Shown here: positions 35,953-43,948 of the stretch, one piece after another
Numbering within the stretch: position 1 is the first letter of the stretch
How the letters are laid out: every line of letters starts with the position of its first letter
Translations under genes and position numbers: made by a program
Virus record (IMG/VR): IMGVR_UViG_3300021344_000001
Location: 1-49,744 of that record
Length of the DNA stretch: 49,744 nt
Strand: one strand, 5' to 3'
Source of the DNA: a virus
Lineage: Duplodnaviria > Caudoviricetes
The notes under the pieces: generated by a model
Database searches by the model: none
Seen by the model: the letters and a program-made list of their open reading frames with translations, nothing else
What the model was told of the DNA's origin: nothing

Positions 35953-36815
35953 AACAGTACGAATCCTTGGTTTTTACCATAACGAGGGGAGTGCCATTTA
36001 TCTAACAGTATATCGTTCTTCATAGCCGCTAGCCCTTTCTCCGGGTCGTAAACCTTAAACCAGTTGCTTCCTTGAGACTCGATTAGTACAATCCAATGAC
36101 CGTCCTCGTCCCCCGGTTCTCCTACTGTGATGTCAATGATCGAATTAGGACTAATTTGTGTGCTGGTTTTTTCGTACGGTATCTTCCTGGCCCTCAGTAA
36201 GTCCTCAATGGACTCGGGACTCGTGCCGTAATCTTCGTCTGTGTCAAGTGCTTCCTCAAGGTCATATACGAGATAACTCGTCCCCATTCTCTCTAGCAGG
36301 TAAGCCAGAGCCACTGGTCCGCAGTTGTATTCCTTGTCTTGAGTAAGGAACTGGGTGTAGAAGTGAGCGATTCGATCAGTGCCAAACCATTTCTCATGGA
36401 TGCCCTTGCTATGAAAAATAGCTCCCTGATTCTGACGAAGATGTTTCATAGCCGGTGTCGTAGCGTGGCCGACGAGCTTCACATAGCCTTGGTCGGATAC
36501 GTGCCTCGCGAACGCCTCGATGAGCTGCTTACCATACCCCTTACCTTGGTACTCAGGTAAGACGGTTGTGCTATACACGTAAATGGATTCATCATCTTCC
36601 GGTGAGCAGTCCTCGGGAGTCTCGTCTATGAACTCCAGAGCAGACGGAGTAGCGCCGTAGCACTCACCGATCAGACCGTAAGGCCCGTACATATAGACAA
36701 CGAGGCCGGACTCTATGATATCTTTCCGCTCTTCGGGGTCAATACGAAGCTCTTCTTCGTAGCAATCCTCGAACGCCATAGTTGGATTGTATTCAGTCTT
36801 AAACTGGGTACTCAT
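35949..36815 (-). CDS. GNAT acetyltransferase - C39 cysteine peptidase fusion
   Basis: VLPEYQGKGYGKQL acetyl-CoA motif; QDKEYNCGPVAL, GTSP, GHWIVL, VYDPEKG (Q/C/H/D catalytic set). Confidence 0.8.
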   Translation of the reverse strand: MSTQFKTEYNPTMAFEDCYEEELRIDPEERKDIIESGLVVYMYGPYGLIGECYGATPSALEFIDETPEDCSPEDDESIYVYSTTVLPEYQGKGYGKQLIEAFARHVSDQGYVKLVGHATTPAMKHLRQNQGAIFHSKGIHEKWFGTDRIAHFYTQFLTQDKEYNCGPVALAYLLERMGTSYLVYDLEEALDTDEDYGTSPESIEDLLRARKIPYEKTSTQISPNSIIDITVGEPGDEDGHWIVLIESQGSNWFKVYDPEKGLAAMKNDILLDKWHSPRYGKNQGFVLL

Positions 36816-37194
36816 TCCTAAAATACACTTTCTTGATGTTGTTTGCGAGTAGCATTGATTCACAATTCTCGCAAGGTTTGTGAGTAACGTAGGCTGATAG
36901 AAATTTCGTGTAATTTCCGATATACATCAAAGCGTTTATCTCAGCATGTACCGTTCGGTTACAGTGGCCTTGAAACACCGAACATCCTTCGTCGTAGCAG
37001 TGCGTCTTACCTGCGGCTGCTCCGTTATACCCTGTCGATACAATTCGGTTGCTTTGGGTGATAACGCACCCGACCTGAAGCCGGGGGCACGTAGAACGCC
37101 TTGAGACGGTTTCTGCTATGTCTAGGAAGTAGTCTGTCCAGTCTAGGCGCTGTTCAAAGACCCCAAGCGGCCAGGGAGTGTGTGAAATTTCCAT
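36799..37194 (-). CDS. dCMP deaminase
   Basis: RSTC.RLQVGCVI, TGYNG, VHAEINAL, THKPCENC. Confidence 0.9.
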   Translation of the reverse strand: MEISHTPWPLGVFEQRLDWTDYFLDIAETVSRRSTCPRLQVGCVITQSNRIVSTGYNGAAAGKTHCYDEGCSVFQGHCNRTVHAEINALMYIGNYTKFLSAYVTHKPCENCESMLLANNIKKVYFRNEYPV

Positions 37195-37765
37195 CGGTTT
37201 CCTCTCTAACTGCGAGCAACATCTCTGCCGCTAACTCGCGAATCTCTAATTGGGCATGCTCTGAATTGCGAAGTTTCTGAAAGTGAACGAATGTACGGAA
37301 ATTACATGACATATCAAGGTTCACTTGAATGGCATAGGGGAGGAAGTAACGTGCTGACTCCTTAGCTCTTTTTCTACCCTTCAACTTTTCTTCTTGGTAT
37401 TTTATGGCGCAGTGATAGGACTCGTACGCTTCTTCCGTATCCATCTTTAGATTTCTACTGCTTATTTCATCCCAATCTGACGGGATATAGTACTTGTCCT
37501 CAGTGTACTCCTTGTACCGGGCTGACTCTCCGTTGATAGAAAACATGCGATGCTTCAAGAATTGTATGTGCGATGCCGTATCGCAAGTAACACTAAAATG
37601 GAGAAGACTACGCTCAAACGGCGTTCCATGCGCGTTCTCCGCAAGCATCTTTAGGAGTCCTGGAATACGTTCTTCTCTGCCCTCAATTTGAGTACTCGTC
37701 CAGGCGGCTTGTGCATGAGTCTTGTCTCCGCCGTAGTACCCGACAAGTTCAACCGTGTTTCTCAT
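37154..37765 (-). CDS. thyX: Flavin-dependent thymidylate synthase
   Basis: HGTPFE, QFLKHR..SINGESARY, ESARYFLP, NFR.F.HF..LR..HAQLEIR. Confidence 0.9.
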   Translation of the reverse strand: MRNTVELVGYYGGDKTHAQAAWTSTQIEGREERIPGLLKMLAENAHGTPFERSLLHFSVTCDTASHIQFLKHRMFSINGESARYKEYTEDKYYIPSDWDEISSRNLKMDTEEAYESYHCAIKYQEEKLKGRKRAKESARYFLPYAIQVNLDMSCNFRTFVHFQKLRNSEHAQLEIRELAAEMLLAVREETDGNFTHSLAAWGL

Positions 37766-38754
37766 GACCAAACAGCCTCCCAAGTACCCGTCGTAGCAGC
37801 TTTCGAGTAATCTGTAGCACGCTGCTCAAAAAAGTTCGCGTATTCCACTCCGTTCAGGATCTCAACGAGCCAGGGGAGTGGGTGGTCCTTAATCTGTTTT
37901 CCTTGTTTGTCGAAGTAACCGCAGATTGGCTTGAGCTTGAGTTGAACCAGCCTCCAGTCGGTCACTAGGCTAACGTAGTTCTTCACGTCCTCTGGGGTCA
38001 TGCCCTCGACCGGGCCGAGAGAGAACGCAAGGTCAATGAACTTCTCTTCGAGCGTTAGCATTGTTCGTGCTATTGTCCTAATACTTCTTTTGACGGTGGG
38101 TGTAACTGCTCCTGTCTCCTTGTTCCACTCGTGGTATAGCTTGATCATCGCTTCACAATGCAAGCTCTCGTCCCGAACGGACCAGGTGACGATCTGTCCC
38201 ATGCCGTTCATTTTGTTATGTCGGGGGAAGTTGAGAAGCATGGCGAACGAAGCGAACAGGCTCATGCCTTCCGTAAATGCGCCGAACATGGCTAGCGTCT
38301 TGGCTACGTCGGCTTCCGTGTCCATCTTGAACCCATGCATGAATGCGGTCTTGTCGCTCATCTCTTTGTAGTCTCGGAACGCTTCAAATTCCGTCTGCGG
38401 CATGCCGAGGGTCTTCAGGATGAGGGCGTAAGCGTCGATATGGACTGTCTCCATGTTTGTGAAGGCAGCCATCATCATTTGGAGTTCGAGGGGCTCGAAC
38501 ACCGGCATGAGACGATCGACGTAGTTAGCTCCAACTTCTACGTCGGCCTGAGTGAAGAACCTAAAGATTTGGGTGAGTAGGGCGCGGTCATTGTTAGTCA
38601 ACCTATTAGAAGCCCAGTCCTTTATGTCGCCTCCCATAGGCACCTCTTCGCCTAGCCAGTGAGTCTGCTGTTGCCGCTTCCAGAACTCGTAAGCCCAAGG
38701 GTAACGACCTACGTCGTAACTCCCCGAGGAAGTGTTTAAATCATACCTCTTCAT
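37762..38754 (-). CDS. nrdB: Ribonucleotide reductase class I beta subunit
   Basis: HW..EEV....D..DW, FFTQAD, ETVHIDAY, TEG..LF.SF, RDESLH, NFFEQR.TDY. Confidence 0.92.
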   Translation of the reverse strand: MKRYDLNTSSGSYDVGRYPWAYEFWKRQQQTHWLGEEVPMGGDIKDWASNRLTNNDRALLTQIFRFFTQADVEVGANYVDRLMPVFEPLELQMMMAAFTNMETVHIDAYALILKTLGMPQTEFEAFRDYKEMSDKTAFMHGFKMDTEADVAKTLAMFGAFTEGMSLFASFAMLLNFPRHNKMNGMGQIVTWSVRDESLHCEAMIKLYHEWNKETGAVTPTVKRSIRTIARTMLTLEEKFIDLAFSLGPVEGMTPEDVKNYVSLVTDWRLVQLKLKPICGYFDKQGKQIKDHPLPWLVEILNGVEYANFFEQRATDYSKAATTGTWEAVWS

Positions 38755-38849
38755 CACTTGTGGGACCCTTGCTGACAGGCAAGACATTTAACTTCAGTGC
38801 AATACTTATCCCTGCCGCATTCGCAACTATTGACATGAAAGACATTCAT
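38754..38849 (-). CDS. Cys-rich microprotein (31 aa) between nrdA and nrdB
   Basis: MNVFHVNSCECGRDKYCTEVKCLACQQGSHK; AAGGA 5 nt before ATG; TGATG coupling to nrdB. Confidence 0.5.
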   Translation of the reverse strand: MNVFHVNSCECGRDKYCTEVKCLACQQGSHK

Positions 38850-40554
38850 TGAAATCCTTTGTTTCTCCGATAAATTCGGCACTGCTCGCTGATTTCGATC
38901 GTACGTAGTAGAGAGATTTCACACCCTTCTCCCAAGCGGAAAAGTGTATTTTATGGAGATCTCTCTTACTGATATTCGAGGGAAGGAATAGGTTGAGGGA
39001 CTGGCTCTGACAGATATACCGTTGACGATCTGACGCCATGTCGATTATCCATCGTTGGTCGATCTCGAACGCTGTTTTGTATATGTCCTTGTCTTCCTTA
39101 TGTAGAAAGGCTAAGTGCTGGACGGAGCCTTTTTTTTCGATAATTGAGGACCACGTTTCTTGAGTGTTTCGTCCGATATCTTCGAGTAACCTCTCGAAAT
39201 ACTTGTTCTTGACGATGACGTTACCCGAGAGGGTTTTATGGTTGTAGATGACCGATGGGTAAGGTTCGATGCCTGGGCTAGCTCCTCCGCATATAATAGA
39301 AATTGAGGCAGTGGGAGCGATTGCAAGTTTGTTGCTGAATCGGCTAGTACATCCGACTTTGATGTTGTCAAGGCAAGGACCTTTCTCGACTCCAAGTTTT
39401 ACAGAGGCGTCGTCCGCAGCATTTCTGATACGACGAAACATATGGTTGTTACAAGACCTAGCCATGAAGCTATCAAACGGTATCCCCCTAACCTGTAGGA
39501 ACGAATGGAAACCCATTACCCCAAGTCCTACAGAACGCTCTTGCTTCGCGCTGTAAGCCGCTTTGCTGTGCGCCGGTCCTGCCTTCGCGACGAAATCTGT
39601 GAGCACGTTGTCGAGCATGCGGAGTACGTCCTCAACGATGTCTGAGTCCTGCCATTCATCCCATTTTTCTAGGTTCAGGGACGCTAGGCAGCATACAGCT
39701 GTTCGCTCTGCATTGGTGGGCAGAGTGATTTCGCTGCATAGATTAGATGTCTTGATCATGAGGCCGAGAGCCTTGTGATGCTGAGGGATGCTCTTGTTCA
39801 CCGTGTCGATGAAGATGAGGTAAGGCTCTCCAGTTTGAAGGCGTGTTTCGAGTATACGCTGCCATAGTTCTCTAGCATCTATAGTTCTAAGTATCTCCTT
39901 AGTGAGGGGACTGCGTAAATAATGAACGGAGCCAGAACGAACGGCACACATGAAATCGTCAGTAATAATAATGCCATGATTTAGATTCAATCCTTTCCGG
40001 TTGAAGTCCCCGGAAGTTTTTCGTATTTCTAGGAACTCCTCGATTTCAGGATGGTTAATAGGGAGATATACCGCTGCAGCCCCTCTTCGGAGAGACCCTT
40101 GAGAAATCGCAAGCGTGAGCGAATCTTGAACATGGATGAAAGGGATAACTCCCGAAGTTTCTCCTGATCGCTTAACCGACTCACCAACTGATCTAACATT
40201 TCCCCAATAGGTTCCAATTCCTCCTCCTTTGGCCGATAGCCAGACGTTCTCATTCCAGGTGTCTACAATGCCTTCCAGCGAGTCTGGGACCTCATTCAGG
40301 AAGCACGAGATAGGCATGCCGCGATCTGTGCCACCATTGGACAGAATAGGTGTAGCGGGCATGAACCAGAAGTTCGACATGTAGTCGTAAAGACGTTGAG
40401 CGTGCTCTTCGTTGTCGGCAAACGCTTTCGCTACTCGGGCGAAACAGTCTTGTGGAGTCTCTCCCGGTAGGAGGTATGACCGCTCAAGGGTTTTGTTTCC
40501 GAGTTCGGTCAGAGCAGCGTTTCGGCTATAATCTATTTTCAAAGTATTCTCCAA
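38827..40554 (-). CDS. nrdA: Ribonucleotide reductase class I alpha subunit (no ATP cone)
   Basis: ATPILSN, PISCFL, GGGIG, SNLCSEI, VCCLAS, APTAS, SLYY, C-terminal CLSCQ. Confidence 0.93.
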   Translation of the reverse strand: MENTLKIDYSRNAALTELGNKTLERSYLLPGETPQDCFARVAKAFADNEEHAQRLYDYMSNFWFMPATPILSNGGTDRGMPISCFLNEVPDSLEGIVDTWNENVWLSAKGGGIGTYWGNVRSVGESVKRSGETSGVIPFIHVQDSLTLAISQGSLRRGAAAVYLPINHPEIEEFLEIRKTSGDFNRKGLNLNHGIIITDDFMCAVRSGSVHYLRSPLTKEILRTIDARELWQRILETRLQTGEPYLIFIDTVNKSIPQHHKALGLMIKTSNLCSEITLPTNAERTAVCCLASLNLEKWDEWQDSDIVEDVLRMLDNVLTDFVAKAGPAHSKAAYSAKQERSVGLGVMGFHSFLQVRGIPFDSFMARSCNNHMFRRIRNAADDASVKLGVEKGPCLDNIKVGCTSRFSNKLAIAPTASISIICGGASPGIEPYPSVIYNHKTLSGNVIVKNKYFERLLEDIGRNTQETWSSIIEKKGSVQHLAFLHKEDKDIYKTAFEIDQRWIIDMASDRQRYICQSQSLNLFLPSNISKRDLHKIHFSAWEKGVKSLYYVRSKSASSAEFIGETKDFNECLSCQ

Positions 40555-41197
40555 ATTTTTCGATAACGGTTCTCGTTATTCCCTCTCGCTGAATGTCCTC
40601 AAGCCCAAATTTCACGATACCAAACTCTTCTTCAAGTTTGAACAGGTTCAGTGCGACGAGTAGGCCGTTGGTTACGCGCAAGTCTGTTTGGTTAATGTCT
40701 CCACAAAAGACCATTCTTGAATCGCGTCCGAGACGAGTCATTGCCATTTCTATCTGTTTTGGTGTCGCGTTCTGCGCTTCGTCGATGATGATAAACTTTT
40801 CCGTAAAGGTTCTCCCGCGCATTAACTCCAGAGGCACGCACTCAATCGTATCATCAAGCCCTTCTAGGATGCTCTGCGTATTCGGCAGGTTGAGGTCTAA
40901 GATCGTTTCGTGAATAGGTGCGAGGAAGGGGCTGATCTTCTCTTCGAGGGTGCCGGGTAGAAATCCGAACTCGCGTCCTGCGGGTACCAAAGGCCGGGAT
41001 ACAATTATACCGCTAACGCGCCGAGCGAACAACTCCTCAAAGGCCACACAGACGGTAACGAAGGTCTTACCTGTACCGGCAGGACCTACCGCTAATGTGA
41101 TGCGCTTCTTTCGGATAGTGTCGCGCAAGGTGATCTGACTTCGAGTTTTGGGACACCATTCAAATGTCTCGGGCGCACTGGAGTATCTACGGGCCAT
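40526..41197 (-). CDS. phoH: PhoH-like ATPase
   Basis: GPAGTGKT, GFLPG.LEEK, MRGRT, IIDEAQN, TRLG, GDINQTD. Confidence 0.93.
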   Translation of the reverse strand: MARRYSSAPETFEWCPKTRSQITLRDTIRKKRITLAVGPAGTGKTFVTVCVAFEELFARRVSGIIVSRPLVPAGREFGFLPGTLEEKISPFLAPIHETILDLNLPNTQSILEGLDDTIECVPLELMRGRTFTEKFIIIDEAQNATPKQIEMAMTRLGRDSRMVFCGDINQTDLRVTNGLLVALNLFKLEEEFGIVKFGLEDIQREGITRTVIEKFGEYFENRL

Positions 41198-43865
41198 TCC
41201 TTTTCACCGTGCTCTCCACCATAAGTGGGACTTCAAGGATGACGTTGTACTCGTCTTTAAGAGCTTTCACTGGGTAATGACACATGACCTGTTCAATCTC
41301 CTTAATTTTGCCTTCGAGATTCTCGTCATCGTCCAGCTCAAACGAGATCGAGTCATGCACAAAAAGAACCATAGGGAATTTCAATTCCTGTAGTCGCTTC
41401 ATTGCTAAAAAGGCAATGTGCGCTGCAAGATTCTGTACTGGGACGTTGACGGCTTGACGTAGCTTCCCAAAGAACTTATGGCCATAATTCTGCCGAATAA
41501 GCTCTGGGTCCCCAAAGTGCCTAACGAAGCCAGTCGGGCATGCAATTTGCCCTGTTTGTAGTATCTCTGATTTTCGCTCATTGTAGTACCTTTCAAATCC
41601 TGGGAAAGTGTTGTGCCATTCTTCATGAACTTTTTCGCATAGGTAAAGATTGAGTTCTACTCCCTGTTTCTTTGCATACTCGTATAACGTGAACCCGTTA
41701 CCACAGTAAATTTGAGAAAAATTACAACTTTTGGCTATTTGTCGGTTATAACCCCATAAATTTTTTTCGGTGTATCTGATAGGTGATGTATTTGATGACA
41801 GCGCCGACAAAGCGTCTGAAGATTTGAATCCATGTTGTTTTTCCGATTGTGGTCTTTGTGATGAACAAGCAGATTCGATAAAGTACCGTGCTTGTATTTG
41901 GGATTGTTTGACTTCGTAAAGGTTTCCGAAATTCCGCAATTCTCGCAATTCTTCTTCCGAGAACGCTTGTACACATTTGTCCCATCTTTGTAGCAATGGT
42001 GTTCTTTTCCCTGTGAGTGAGGATAGTTTCCACTCCCCATCCCAACCCTCCCTTTGTACGTGCTCAAGTATCTCTCGCGCTTCATCCTCTTCTCGTATGC
42101 ACGAGAACAGGGAGGACAGAATTTTTGCGCCGACCCAGTTGGTTGGCAAACCGCATAACATAGCCCACAGGTCAACGGATTTAATTGCCTCATTTTTGAA
42201 GAATACTCCTGCAAAATACATATGGGGGTCCCATGACGGATTTTCTTTGAATCTAGATAAGATGCTACGTTCTCCAGCAAGCCTTGAGGCTATCCGAAAT
42301 TCGATAGCATTGTAATCAACTGAAACGAGTACTTTACCTTTAGGAGCACAGAAAAACCCTTTCAATTCACGATCTAGGTTCTGCACGTTGGGTTTGGTTG
42401 CAGAAGTGCGGCCAGTCTCTACAGAGACCATCTTGTACTCGGGGTGAGCCTTCCCGTCCCCCTCCTGGGAGAGCTTCTCGTACGGCTTGACGTAGGTCGA
42501 TAATACCTTCGCCTGCTCTCGGTATTCTAGGAGGTTCTTCACGAATGGAATGTGTTTGTAGTCCTGCAGCACGTCCTTCGACGTCACGGGGTGGCCCTTG
42601 TCTGTGGTCGGCAGAACGCAGTGAAGAGTATTCAGACATTGGGCTATTTGCAGGGTCGAGTTTGGGTTAATTTTCTTCTGGTCAATGTCATGTATGAGCG
42701 TCTGCATCATTCGACGGACCGTTAGCTCTTTTTCCGCAAGAGCCAGAGATACCCTCTTCTTAGTATCAAGGATGTACGCGCTATCAAGACAAACCCCTCG
42801 GCTAGACATGTCATCAAGAATTCTTCTGGTCGGGTGTATGAGGTTTTCGATGAGGTAGTACCGTTTATCTTTAGATAACTCTTTCCTGAACAGCAGGAAT
42901 AACTGCATGGTATACCATGTATCCCTGGCGTTGTAGAAATAAAATTCTTCTGATCCGAGTTTAGCATTGAATGCTTCTTTCCACCCCGGAACTCCGAGGT
43001 ATTTTACTGCTAAAGCTTCCAGCCCCCTAGGCTGAGTCTCATCCATGAAAAACGCCATATACATGGTATCGTGATGATCTGTAACTCCAAGACCGAACTT
43101 CCGAAGCATGGGGCCATCGTAATGAAAAGCATTGTGCCCCACATTATTTCTCCCGACGAGCGTACCTCCCAAATTGGATACGTCTCTGCTAACGAAACAC
43201 ATTTCTTCATTAGCCACGGCAATTTGTGTTGGGTAATCCGTGAATTCTCCATCTTCGTCGATCGCTTCGATATCGTAGGCAAGTAAATGACCATCTATTT
43301 TTTCTCCTTCCCACATTTTCCATGGAACATTTGTATCCGTTGATTGTTTGACGCACCGTCTCATATCAGAAACTACTGTACGCTCTAAGTTACTGTTCTG
43401 TGCTAAGTATTCTATGCTGTAGGTACAGAATACCTTTGCGTCTGTGTTCAGTTCAGGTATAGTTTGAAGCTCAGATCCCCGATTGTTCCGTACGCCCGAT
43501 CTTTTCGTGACAGAGCGTAGCGCGACATCCCCAAGACAGAGAATGTACCGAGGTCTACAACGATCAATCTCTTCCTTGAGATAACTGCGACACGCCTCGA
43601 TTGAAACGAGAGGCAGTGTTTGACCACGGCCATGTAGCGCACACTTGACTGCGTACACAACATTAAATTCGTCGGTATGGAGGTTAGCCTTTTGGATACA
43701 ACTTCGCAAAAGATTCCCCAACGGACCTGAGAACGGTTCACCTTCAAAGTCCGCTTTACTGTCCGGTTGATCACATACGATAAGAACTTCACACTTTTTC
43801 ACTTCCGTTTTGAGTACAGGAGAGAGGCACTGCTGAGACAGCGAACAGAGATTGCACGTATTCAT
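41187..43865 (-). CDS. polA: Family A DNA polymerase with N-terminal UDG-family-4-like domain and 3'-5' exonuclease; ~137-codon insertion
   Basis: Likely start 43865 (MNTCNLC); YDIE/HN..YD/YN..D exo motifs; TGRTS..PNVQN; DYNAIE (A), R..AK..NF..IY (B), VHDSI (C). Confidence 0.9.
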   Translation of the reverse strand: MNTCNLCSLSQQCLSPVLKTEVKKCEVLIVCDQPDSKADFEGEPFSGPLGNLLRSCIQKANLHTDEFNVVYAVKCALHGRGQTLPLVSIEACRSYLKEEIDRCRPRYILCLGDVALRSVTKRSGVRNNRGSELQTIPELNTDAKVFCTYSIEYLAQNSNLERTVVSDMRRCVKQSTDTNVPWKMWEGEKIDGHLLAYDIEAIDEDGEFTDYPTQIAVANEEMCFVSRDVSNLGGTLVGRNNVGHNAFHYDGPMLRKFGLGVTDHHDTMYMAFFMDETQPRGLEALAVKYLGVPGWKEAFNAKLGSEEFYFYNARDTWYTMQLFLLFRKELSKDKRYYLIENLIHPTRRILDDMSSRGVCLDSAYILDTKKRVSLALAEKELTVRRMMQTLIHDIDQKKINPNSTLQIAQCLNTLHCVLPTTDKGHPVTSKDVLQDYKHIPFVKNLLEYREQAKVLSTYVKPYEKLSQEGDGKAHPEYKMVSVETGRTSATKPNVQNLDRELKGFFCAPKGKVLVSVDYNAIEFRIASRLAGERSILSRFKENPSWDPHMYFAGVFFKNEAIKSVDLWAMLCGLPTNWVGAKILSSLFSCIREEDEAREILEHVQREGWDGEWKLSSLTGKRTPLLQRWDKCVQAFSEEELRELRNFGNLYEVKQSQIQARYFIESACSSQRPQSEKQHGFKSSDALSALSSNTSPIRYTEKNLWGYNRQIAKSCNFSQIYCGNGFTLYEYAKKQGVELNLYLCEKVHEEWHNTFPGFERYYNERKSEILQTGQIACPTGFVRHFGDPELIRQNYGHKFFGKLRQAVNVPVQNLAAHIAFLAMKRLQELKFPMVLFVHDSISFELDDDENLEGKIKEIEQVMCHYPVKALKDEYNVILEVPLMVESTVKRNGP
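41735..42193 (-). mobile_element. HNH homing endonuclease nested out of frame in polA
   Basis: CGLC..QKFC..C zinc finger; CENCG...LLVHHKDHNRKNN..SNLQTLCRRCH..HH; AGGAG upstream of ATG 42193. Confidence 0.85.
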
Positions 43866-43948
43866 TTTAGACAGGATATCAAAAGCATTCCTGTGATGAA
43901 GAGCCATGCAGAGCCAATTAACATGCCTATCAGTACTCCCCAGTTCAT
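43862..43948 (-). CDS. 28-aa single-TM peptide
   Basis: MNWGVLIGMLIGSAWLFITGMLLISCLK; TAATG with helicase stop and ATGA with polA start. Confidence 0.55.
   Translation of the reverse strand: MNWGVLIGMLIGSAWLFITGMLLISCLK

Noticed and set aside
41745-42194. Intein in polA
   Set aside because: No Hint motifs or His-Asn/Cys-Ser-Thr junction, and the endonuclease is in a different frame
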